From: Chloroflexota bacterium
GTDB lineage: Bacteria > Chloroflexota > UBA11872
NCBI GenBank assembly: GCA_965198285.1
Contig: OZ240251.1
Location: 2,056,620 to 2,120,619 of the forward strand
Direction of reading: 5' to 3'
DNA: 64,000 bases
The notes beneath the pieces are model-generated. The model saw nothing but the letters and a program-made list of their open reading frames with translations. It was not told the origin of the DNA and searched no databases. Each line of letters begins with the position of its first letter. Position 1 is the stretch's first letter. The translations under genes were made by a program, and so were the position numbers. Positions 21,050 to 29,908 of the stretch are shown here, one piece after another.

Positions 21050-22057
21050 TTACGCGTCGTCCCACTGCAGGATGATCGATAGCCAACCAGCCGGACCGCC
21101 TCTGATCATGGCATACAGGTCCACGGCCTTCGTGAACGGCTTGCGGTGCGAGATCAGCCGGTCAACCCGGAACTCGCCGCGCGCCATCGAGTCCAGGATG
21201 TACTGCCGGTTGGCCGCGCGCGTCCACTGGAAGAAGTGGTATGGCTCGCGCGGGTACATCGACTGATACGTGCCGATGATCGACAGTTCCTTGCGCAGCA
21301 ATTCCACCTGCAGGCCGATTTCCACCGTGCCGGGCGGGCTACCCGTCATGGACACGATGCCGCCGGCTGCCGCCGCCCGCAGGCAGTCGGGCAGGATCTT
21401 GGGCGTGCGCGTGACCATGAACACCACCCGCGCGCCCCCACCGGTGAGATCCTGAACCGCCGCCACGGCGTCCTCCCGCTGCGCGTTGACCGTATGCGTC
21501 GCGCCCGACCAGCGGGCCTGGTCAAGCCGTTCGTCCAGCAGATCCACGGCGATCACCGGATGCGCGCCGGCCATACGGGCGAACTGCGTGACCATCTGGC
21601 CCAGCCCGCCCTGACCAAAGACCGCCACCGAGTCGCCAAGACCGGGCCGCGCGCGGCGAACGCCGTGCAGCGCCACGTCCCCCAGCACGACGAAACTGGC
21701 GTCCTCATCGCTGACGTCATCAGGGATCAGGCCGGCGTAGGCCGGTTCGTCGGGCAGGTCGGGATCGATGGTGATGAGACCGGCGCCCTGGTGAGGTAAA
21801 CAGGTGAGAACGCGGTCACCAGCGGCGTAACCTTCGACGTCGCTGCCGACCTCGGCCACCAGTCCCACCAGCGCGTAGCCAGGCTCACGGCGTTCCGTGG
21901 CGGACAGTTCCAGGATGTTCAGTTCCGTCCCGGCGCTGACCAGCGATCGAGACGATTGAACCAGAATCTGATTGGACGCCGGATCGGGAACCTGAATGTC
22001 CTCGATCGCGACAACGCCGCCTTCGCGGAAGACGACCTGAGGTGTCGTGGTTGGCAC
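21050..22057 (-). CDS. zinc-type (MDR) alcohol dehydrogenase family protein
   Basis: 335 aa with a GroES-like N-terminal domain and a Rossmann segment VAVFGQGGLGQMVTQFARMAGA. The TAA stop overlaps the Shine-Dalgarno sequence of the downstream ArsC-like gene. Confidence 0.85.
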   Translation of the reverse strand: MPTTTPQVVFREGGVVAIEDIQVPDPASNQILVQSSRSLVSAGTELNILELSATERREPGYALVGLVAEVGSDVEGYAAGDRVLTCLPHQGAGLITIDPDLPDEPAYAGLIPDDVSDEDASFVVLGDVALHGVRRARPGLGDSVAVFGQGGLGQMVTQFARMAGAHPVIAVDLLDERLDQARWSGATHTVNAQREDAVAAVQDLTGGGARVVFMVTRTPKILPDCLRAAAAGGIVSMTGSPPGTVEIGLQVELLRKELSIIGTYQSMYPREPYHFFQWTRAANRQYILDSMARGEFRVDRLISHRKPFTKAVDLYAMIRGGPAGWLSIILQWDDA

Positions 22058-22188
22058 GGGCGATCCAGGTGACGGCGGCCGCCCCCATCATGCCCCAGCC
22101 CGCGGGCGGCGCCCAACCTGCGGCGGGCGCCTTGGCCGGGCGGTAAGGTTATTGCCGAGCCGTAGCCGCGCTACGTAGGAACCGTCCC

Positions 22189-23118
<930 letters not shown>

Positions 23119-23131
23119 GCAGCCTGCGCGC

Positions 23132-23758
23132 TCAACTCCCGTCTGGTTCGATTTCCCAGTAATCCCGACCGGCCTGCGCGCCGCGCCGCAGCGGATTGAT
23201 CGTGGCCGATCCGGCCAACCTGCGGTCCACGTAGCGTGACCGTCGCCCGTCGTCCCGTTCGGGTCGAATCCCCAACCGCCTGGTGGCGATGATCCGCGGC
23301 ACGGCCGCGCGCGCCTCCACGTAGAAACACTGCTGGTCGAACTGCCGGCCCGTCCACTCCGCCACCGTCAGCCCCATCGACCGGCAAAGCAACGTCTGCC
23401 CGGCGCACAGCCGCTGCTCGGGGCGCCGCGAGCGCCCGTCGGGCGCCGGGTTCAACCGATGCATCACGTCCAGCGCGACCTGCGGCGAGCGCTCGTCCAC
23501 AACAGGCAGCCCCGCCTTGATCAACACCGCCTCAGGCCCCGTCCCGCAGCTCACGTTCAGCGAGGCTCCCGCCCGCGAGTGGTACATGTAAATCGTCCCC
23601 GGCGGCATCCACATCGGCTCGCGGCTGGGCGTACGCCCCAGGTACGCGTGGCTGGCCGGGTCGGCCAGTCCATAGGCCTCCGTCTCCACAATCTGAACGC
23701 CCAGCCACAGCCCGTCCACCCGTCGCCGCAGCACGCAACCGATCAGGTCGCGCGCCAC
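23132..23758 (-). CDS. mpg: DNA-3-methyladenine glycosylase (Mpg/AAG family); N-terminus probably extends upstream to no further than 23836
   Basis: VARDLIGCVL...IVETEAYGLADPASHAY...GTIYMYHSRAGASLNV. The family-typical LSFFQRPVDAVA is encoded just upstream of the GTG, in an open frame that has no canonical start. Confidence 0.85.
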   Translation of the reverse strand: MARDLIGCVLRRRVDGLWLGVQIVETEAYGLADPASHAYLGRTPSREPMWMPPGTIYMYHSRAGASLNVSCGTGPEAVLIKAGLPVVDERSPQVALDVMHRLNPAPDGRSRRPEQRLCAGQTLLCRSMGLTVAEWTGRQFDQQCFYVEARAAVPRIIATRRLGIRPERDDGRRSRYVDRRLAGSATINPLRRGAQAGRDYWEIEPDGS

Positions 23759-23882
23759 CGCGTCGACAGGCCGTTGAAAAAAGCTCAGGTCCAGCAGCGA
23801 ACTAGGGCGTGCCAGAGGGCCGCCGATCCGAGTCGCCTACACGTCCCGGCAAGCCGCCAGCGGCCTGCGTCGCAGGCGTCTC

Positions 23883-24341
23883 CTACCAGTCCGTTCGTCC
23901 GCCCTGGGGAACTTCCCGGCGCTCGTCAAGGTCCAGGCGGTCGTAGTGACGCCGGATGTCCGTCCGATGACCCTGCCCGCACTCCTCCAGGAACTCGCGA
24001 AATCGCGGCCAGTCCCAGTTCGAGCCCTCACGCGGCTCGTCGGTGGCCATTTCGCGGTTGAAGTCGTCAATGGCTTCTGCGGACAGCGGTCGCATCTGCG
24101 CCTGCACCCAGGCCAGCACTTCCTCGTCAGTCGGTCGCGTACGCAGAGCCTCGATGAATTCGTTGGTCTCAATCCCCAGGAACTCCAGCATCCAGACCGT
24201 GCGTCCCTCGCGGACCACGTACTCCCCCATCGTGCCGGCCAGGTCCGCTCGCCCTTTGTCGATCGAGCGCGGCAGGAACCCAATCCCGCCCAGCTTGTCG
24301 TAGCCGCTCCGAGGAACGTCCTTCGTCAGGTCCACGGGCAT
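23883..24341 (-). CDS. DUF5069-like protein
   Basis: 152 aa. VPRSGYDKLGGIGFLPRSIDKGRADLAGTMGEYV matches my recollection of the DUF5069 N-terminal signature. No function is known. Confidence 0.6.
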   Translation of the reverse strand: MPVDLTKDVPRSGYDKLGGIGFLPRSIDKGRADLAGTMGEYVVREGRTVWMLEFLGIETNEFIEALRTRPTDEEVLAWVQAQMRPLSAEAIDDFNREMATDEPREGSNWDWPRFREFLEECGQGHRTDIRRHYDRLDLDERREVPQGGRTDW

Positions 24342-24575
24342 TCACTCCTAGCACGAACCCCGGCACCGTAGCACGGCGTCGGTCCAGGTCCGTTGTGGCG
24401 GCGCCTCCGTCCCTTGACTCAAGAGAGTGAGCTACCCGAAGAACTCGAATTTCTGCGGCAAGAACTCTAACGTGAGGCCTCCGCGCCTGCGCTCCGTGAT
24501 TCAGAGGCTCGAAGCGTGGCTTGAGCGGCAACGGCGGACGAAGCCTGCGGTGCCCTCCAAGACGATCCCCGGCGC

Positions 24576-25595
24576 TCATGCTGTGCCTCGCTGCGTGTAG
24601 GCGCCTCGGTGGAGGATGCTGGCGGGCTGGCCGAGCACCAGAACATTCTTGCGCCTCATCCTGGACCTGGCCTCCAGACGGTCGGCCTGAGCACGGGAGA
24701 GCAGCAACGCTGCCGGTGAGCCGCTGAGCTCCCTACGCCTCAGGAGCCGCAGCAGCGCAACGGTCCGCACCGTGCGAAACCTGACCCCGAAGGGCAGGTT
24801 AGAGACGAGCGTGCAGCGGGCGGGCAGCGACGTGTAGTCGAAGTCCTCGAACGCCGCGTTGGCCAGAACCGTTCGGCGGTCCGCAAGCCTCGTGCAGGCG
24901 GAAAGGTAGGCATCGCCATCCACCTCAAGCCCGATCCCGAGCGCCGCACCGTACCTGTCGGCCGCCATCCCCAGGATGGTGCCTGTGCCCATGAAGGGAT
25001 CGAACACCGTGTCTCCGCCGCGCACGCCCGCCACCGTAAGCAGCCCGCAGGCGAGGTGGCGCCGCAGGCTGCCGGGCCGCCCGTCCCTTTCGCCGCCCAG
25101 GTTGCTGTATAGCTGCAAGCCAAGCACTGCCTTTTTGGCGTCGGCCTTGCACACCAGGCGAATGCCGTCGCGCTCGGATCGTCGCCATTTGGGTAAGGCT
25201 GCAGCCACGGCGCCGCTCACAAGCCGGTCAAGCTCATCCCGGCGTATGGACGTGCGCCCATAGAGCTCGGTCGTGATTGAGAAACGGCGGACGACCGTCC
25301 TCTCGGCGAGCGGCAGCCACCGGAGCACGGAATTCTTCAGACGCGCGCTGTCGAGACGCCGCGCCATTTCCTGGGCCGCGTCGGATCGCCGAGTCGCATT
25401 GAACTCTGCCAGCGAGCCATGGACGGTGGCAGGGGTCTGGAGCCGCACGGACTCGAGTACCGGCGCCGCTGGCGCAACGAGGGAGGAGTCGCGGTGGTGA
25501 AAGGCCACGTGGGCTGCGACGCCGAGGCCCCGCAACTCTCGCAGCGTGGCAAAGGCCCAGCCCGGCTGGGTGGTGAGGAAATACGTTGCCTTCAA
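24576..25595 (-). CDS. class I SAM-dependent RNA/DNA methyltransferase (UPF0020-type, THUMP-like N-terminal region)
   Basis: DPFMGTGTILGMAA (SAM motif I) and NLPFG (motif IV NPPF/Y-like) in the C-terminal half. 339 aa. Confidence 0.65.
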   Translation of the reverse strand: MKATYFLTTQPGWAFATLRELRGLGVAAHVAFHHRDSSLVAPAAPVLESVRLQTPATVHGSLAEFNATRRSDAAQEMARRLDSARLKNSVLRWLPLAERTVVRRFSITTELYGRTSIRRDELDRLVSGAVAAALPKWRRSERDGIRLVCKADAKKAVLGLQLYSNLGGERDGRPGSLRRHLACGLLTVAGVRGGDTVFDPFMGTGTILGMAADRYGAALGIGLEVDGDAYLSACTRLADRRTVLANAAFEDFDYTSLPARCTLVSNLPFGVRFRTVRTVALLRLLRRRELSGSPAALLLSRAQADRLEARSRMRRKNVLVLGQPASILHRGAYTQRGTA

Positions 25596-25722
25596 TGGGA
25601 TTGCCCGAAGACCGGCCGCCCCAACTGTAGACGCGGTTGTCCCGCCGCCTGGGTGCGACTAGTGCCATTGGATAGGTCCAGGACAAACCCCACGGTCGAG
25701 AGATGCTCGATTCCTACCAGTT

Positions 25723-25798
25723 TGGTGGAGACGGGGGGACTCGAACCCCCAACCCCCGCCTTGCAAAGGCGATGCTCTACCAATTGAGCCACGTCCCC
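25723..25798 (-). tRNA. tRNA-Ala (anticodon TGC), CCA encoded
   Basis: Reverse complement GGGGACG-TG-GCTC..GAGC-A-TCGCC-TTTGCAA-GGCGG-GGGTT-GGGGG-TTCGAGT-CCCCC-CGTCTCC-A-CCA. The G3:U70 Ala identity pair is present. Confidence 0.92.
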
Positions 25799-25900
25799 TG
25801 CCTCGATTCTACGTGCGCCTGGAGCCCACCGAAACGCCGATAGGTCGGGCGTATACTGTGCCATCGCGACGCTGGGTTTCTGGGGAACCTAGCCGCTCGC

Positions 25901-25974
25901 GGGCTCTTAGCTCAGTCGGTTAGAGCGCGCCTCTGATAAGGGCGAGGTCCGTGGTTCGAATCCACGAGGGCCCA
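25901..25974 (+). tRNA. tRNA-Ile (anticodon GAT)
   Basis: GGGCTCT-TA-GCTC..GAGC-G-CGCCT-CTGATAA-GGGCG-AGGTC-CGTGG-TTCGAAT-CCACG-AGGGCCC-A. Confidence 0.92.
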
Positions 25975-25985
25975 CCGCTATAAAG

Positions 25986-27764
25986 TTGCGGCGGGAGGCG
26001 ATTCTGGCGTCAGCAGCACTTCAGAACCCCCGCTACGAGGCGCACGAAAACCCGCCCCTGCTCGCCTCGCTGGGTTACGGCCTGCAGTTCAGCCTTATAG
26101 CCTCCGCCACCCTCCTCGTCACGCCAGTCATCGTGGCCAATGCGTCGGGCCGCGACGACGCCTACCTCGTCTGGATGGTCTTCGCCTCGCTCCTCGTCTG
26201 CGGCCTGTCCACGATCCTGCAGGTCCGTCGGCTCGGCTCGGTCGGCGCCGGCGCCGTCCTGCCCATGTTCACCGCCGCCTTTGCTATTCCGTTTTGCATC
26301 ACGGCCGTGGTGGATGGCGGTCCGGCCACCCTCACCACCCTCGTCCTCGTCTCGGCGGTCATCCAACTCGCCGTCTCCAGATGGCTGGTCATTCTCAGGC
26401 GAATCGTCACGCCCACCGTGGGCGGCACCGTGATGATGATTCTGTCCATCACCCTCGCCTCCGTCGTATTCGGCCTGCTGGACGACGCGTCGGAGACCGA
26501 GCCGGTGGCTGCCCCTCTCACCGCGCTGGCCACCTTGGTCATTGTTGCCGCCCTGGCTCTTCGCGGATCGGAACTCCTGCGTCTCTGGGCGCCGCTCATC
26601 GGCATCGTCGGTGGCTGCGTCGTCGCCGCCATCTTTGGGATCTACAGCTTCAACCGTGTGCTGAACGCCCCCTGGGTGGGCCTACCCGATTCCGCGCCCG
26701 GACTCGGCCTCGACTTCGGTCTGTCGTTCTGGACCCTTCTGCCAGGGTTTCTGTTCCTCGGCCTCATCATCTCGATTCAGGCCAACGGCGCCGCCATAGC
26801 CGCGCAGCGCGTCTCATGGCGTGACGACCGAGCCGTTGACTTCCGCCAGGTGCAGGGCGCCCTGGCCGGAACTGCAGCGTCCAATCTCATGGCGGGGCTC
26901 GCGGGCACGGTTCCCAACATCATCAATCCAGGCTTCGCCGCATTTGCCCAGATCACTGGTGTCGCGTCCCGTCGCGTTGGCTACTTCATCGGCGGGATCC
27001 TGATCGTCGTCGCGTTCCTACCCAAGGCATCCGGGCTGTTGGCCAGCATTCCCGGTCCGGTCATGACGGGCTACCTCATCCTCGTCACCGGAACGCTCTT
27101 CGTTGACGGCGCACGCACGGTCATCCAAAACGAGGACAACCGGCAGAAAGTCGTCGTGGCCGGCATGTGCTTCTGGATTGGTGCGGCCTTTCAATTCAAC
27201 CTCTTCAATCTGCCCGACCTCGGTCCCGTGTGGGGCGCCCTGTTCAAGAGCGGAATCACCACCGGAGGATTCGCCGCCGTCGTCATGATTCTCTACCTGG
27301 AGCTCACCAATCCCCGGCGGATGCGGTTTGAGTCACGGCTCCACATCGACGCCTTGCCCGATCTCAACAAGTTCGTGGCCGGATTCGCCGACCGCCGAGG
27401 CTGGGATCAGCCAATGAAGGACAGGCTCAGCGCCGTTTCCGAAGAGACCCTCCTGACCCTGGCCCCACTGGACCTGGAGCTGAGTCTGGACCTTGACGAA
27501 GAAGATGACGACGAGGACGAGGACGAGATTCGACGACTCGTCGTCGTCGCCTCCAGCGAAGGACACATCGCCGAACTGGAATTCATCGGCGGCGGTGACG
27601 AAGAGAACATTGAGGACCGCGTGCGCCAACTCCAGCAGCACGACTCGGCGATTGCCTCCGAGGGCGAAATCTCCCTGCGCCTGCTCCGCCAATACGCCTC
27701 ATCCGTCAGCCACCAGCAGTATCACGGCACCGACATCATCACCGTCCGAGTCGACCCTCCCTAG
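25986..27764 (+). CDS. NCS2 (nucleobase:cation symporter-2 / SLC23-like) permease fused to a C-terminal cytoplasmic domain of about 155 aa
   Basis: About 14 hydrophobic segments, with QVRRLGSVGAGAVLPMFTAAF and SIQANGAAIAAQRVS-type NCS2 motifs. The tail (27310-27764) is soluble and contains an acidic run LDLDEEDDDEDEDE. TTG start. Confidence 0.75.
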   Translation: MRREAILASAALQNPRYEAHENPPLLASLGYGLQFSLIASATLLVTPVIVANASGRDDAYLVWMVFASLLVCGLSTILQVRRLGSVGAGAVLPMFTAAFAIPFCITAVVDGGPATLTTLVLVSAVIQLAVSRWLVILRRIVTPTVGGTVMMILSITLASVVFGLLDDASETEPVAAPLTALATLVIVAALALRGSELLRLWAPLIGIVGGCVVAAIFGIYSFNRVLNAPWVGLPDSAPGLGLDFGLSFWTLLPGFLFLGLIISIQANGAAIAAQRVSWRDDRAVDFRQVQGALAGTAASNLMAGLAGTVPNIINPGFAAFAQITGVASRRVGYFIGGILIVVAFLPKASGLLASIPGPVMTGYLILVTGTLFVDGARTVIQNEDNRQKVVVAGMCFWIGAAFQFNLFNLPDLGPVWGALFKSGITTGGFAAVVMILYLELTNPRRMRFESRLHIDALPDLNKFVAGFADRRGWDQPMKDRLSAVSEETLLTLAPLDLELSLDLDEEDDDEDEDEIRRLVVVASSEGHIAELEFIGGGDEENIEDRVRQLQQHDSAIASEGEISLRLLRQYASSVSHQQYHGTDIITVRVDPP

Positions 27765-28438
27765 ACTCGCTGGTCGATCGGAATCTGTGGGTGACGGGCA
27801 GTTCACACACGGCGCACTCCGATTGGCCACGCTGGCGGGGTGGTGCCGCCCTCGCCGTCGGCTCGACGACGGATAGTCTTGTTCTCGAAACGACGCAATA
27901 TCCAAAACTAGATTCCCGGTCGTTTTCGCTGTCGCAAATAGCGAGACCGGCAATGCCCTCCCGTATGCGCGAGGGCCAGCCCATACGGCCCTGACACGGC
28001 GTGGCTTGTCTCCCGAATGGCGCCACCGTCCTGCTGCGTTTCCAGGCTGTGAGGGTCCCTCGCTGACCGTCGGTCAATTCGGTCGCTGCCGGTGAGTGAT
28101 CGCCCGGAGCTAGCCGGATTCGGCCTCGCTTGCTACTGTTACGCCCCAGAAAAGCCTGTTGCGGTTGCGTGCATGCCTCCAGCAAACGTCAGGTCGGTGG
28201 GCGGACTTCTTCCCCCATCCGTGGAGCGGGGGCTGAAGGACCGCGCAGCCCTCAGCGCGTCCGCAAAGCTGAAACCTTCAGTACAAACTCGCAGGGTGCC
28301 GCGCCGCGTGCTCGATCGGTTCCGCGGCCTGTTGGACGCGATCTCGTCCAAGCCCCAAGTCTTGATTGCCGCAGCTCGGTTTAATTCGTCCCGCACGCCG
28401 GTTTTTTCGCCGTGACCCGGTAGGAGAGGGGAGTAGCC

Positions 28439-29830
28439 GTGACCACGATCGTGCACCTGTTTGGGCAGCGCCGCCGCACGCTCTTGCTAGTCGCGGCGGC
28501 AGCGACGCTCGGCATCTTCCTTGCTCGGCCGGCCGTCGCACAGGCGGAGGGCGTGGACGCAGAAACCGCCTACGTCCTCAACACCTTCGCGTTCCTGGCC
28601 TGGGGCGCGCTGGTCATGTGGATGAGCGCCGGCTTCACCATGCTGGAGTCCGGTTCCGTTCGGACCAAGAACGCCTCCATGATCTGCCTCAAGAACATCG
28701 GCCTCTATTCCATCGCCGGGCTGGCCTACTTCATCGTCGGCTACAACCTCATGTACGGCGAGATCGTGGGCAACTTCATCGGCACGTTCAAGTTGCTTTA
28801 CGGACCGTCGGCCGAGGAGATCGCGCTGATCAAGGGTGAGGGCGATGCAGCGGCCGTCGTCGGCGGCGAGAATGCCTACTCCAGCATGTCCGACTGGTTC
28901 TTCCAAATGGTCTTTGTCGCCGCGGCCGCCTCCATCGTGTCCGGCGCGCTGGCCGAGCGGGTCAAGATCTGGTCGTTCTTCCTGTTCACGCTCGTCCTCA
29001 CGGCCATCGTCTACCCCATCGTCGGCGCTTGGACTTGGGGCGGCGGCTGGCTGGACGGATTGGGGTTCCAGGACTTCGCCGGCTCCACCATCGTGCACAG
29101 CACCGGCGGTTGGGCGGCACTGGCGGGCATTCTGGTCGTGGGGCCCAGACTGGGTAAGTTCCGTAGCGACGGCACGGTCAGGGCTACGCCACCCTCGAAC
29201 ATCCTGGTGGTCACGCTGGGCGTCTTCATCCTGTGGCTCGGCTGGTTTGGATTCAACGGTGGATCCCAGTTGGCGCTGGGGAGTGCGGCCGACGCCATAG
29301 CGATGAGCCACGTACTGGTCAACACCAACCTGGCCGCGGCGGGCGGCGTGGTGGCAGCCCTGCTGGTGTCGCGGCCGATTCTCGGACGGCTCGACCTGTT
29401 CGGCGGTCTGAACGGCGCGCTGGCCGGTTTGGTCTCGATCACCGCAGGCCCCGATATCGTCGATCACCACTGGGCCATCATCATCGGCGCCATCGGCGGC
29501 GTCCTCTGCGTGGCCGGCCTCAAGCTCCTGGAGAAACTCCGACTCGACGATGTGGTTGGCGCGGTACCGGCCCACTTGTTCGCCGGCGTCTGGGGAACCC
29601 TGGCGGTCTGCATCGCCGCTGGCGGCCAGTTCCACGTGCAGCTGATCGGCGTGCTGGCTATTGGCGCGTTCGTCTTCGGCGTCTCCTGGGTGCTCTGGCG
29701 ACTGATGGACTTGACTATCGGGGCCCGCGTCTCGCCGCAGGTCGAGCGCCTCGGCCAGGACGCCGGCGAACTCCGCATCGAGGCCTACCCCGAGTTCGTC
29801 CTCATGCCCGAGGAATACGAAGAAGACTGA
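28439..29830 (+). CDS. amt: ammonium transporter (Amt family)
   Basis: GTG start preceded by GGAGAGGGGAG. Signal peptide, then AGFTMLESGSVRTKN, FAGSTIVHSTGGWAALAG and GVWGTLAV motifs. Confidence 0.92.
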   Translation: MTTIVHLFGQRRRTLLLVAAAATLGIFLARPAVAQAEGVDAETAYVLNTFAFLAWGALVMWMSAGFTMLESGSVRTKNASMICLKNIGLYSIAGLAYFIVGYNLMYGEIVGNFIGTFKLLYGPSAEEIALIKGEGDAAAVVGGENAYSSMSDWFFQMVFVAAAASIVSGALAERVKIWSFFLFTLVLTAIVYPIVGAWTWGGGWLDGLGFQDFAGSTIVHSTGGWAALAGILVVGPRLGKFRSDGTVRATPPSNILVVTLGVFILWLGWFGFNGGSQLALGSAADAIAMSHVLVNTNLAAAGGVVAALLVSRPILGRLDLFGGLNGALAGLVSITAGPDIVDHHWAIIIGAIGGVLCVAGLKLLEKLRLDDVVGAVPAHLFAGVWGTLAVCIAAGGQFHVQLIGVLAIGAFVFGVSWVLWRLMDLTIGARVSPQVERLGQDAGELRIEAYPEFVLMPEEYEED

Positions 29831-29838
29831 CTCCAGGG

Positions 29839-29859
29839 CATGCGCGCCTGCCGCGCATG
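29839..29859 (+). terminator. hairpin after amt
   Basis: CATGCGCG-CCTGC-CGCGCATG followed by gccgTTTc. Confidence 0.45.
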
Positions 29860-29872
29860 GCCGTTTCTACGT

Positions 29873-29901
29873 GAGCCGCTTTCCGTTTAGGGAAGCGGCT
29901 C
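29873..29901. terminator. second hairpin between convergent amt and the TPP-enzyme gene
   Basis: GAGCCGCTTTCC-GTTTA-GGGAAGCGGCTC, a 12-bp stem that includes GU pairs. Confidence 0.4.
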
Positions 29902-29908
29902 GCGTGCG

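Noticed and set aside
28150-28260. Glutamine riboswitch (glnA RNA) upstream of amt.
   Set aside because: Only a short GAAGGAC-like word resembles the consensus. I could not find the pairing 5' strand or the GGAAGUAGG core. It needs a covariance-model scan before any claim.
28487-29635. 382-aa reverse ORF.
   Set aside because: It is antisense to the ammonium transporter and has a charged, low-complexity translation.
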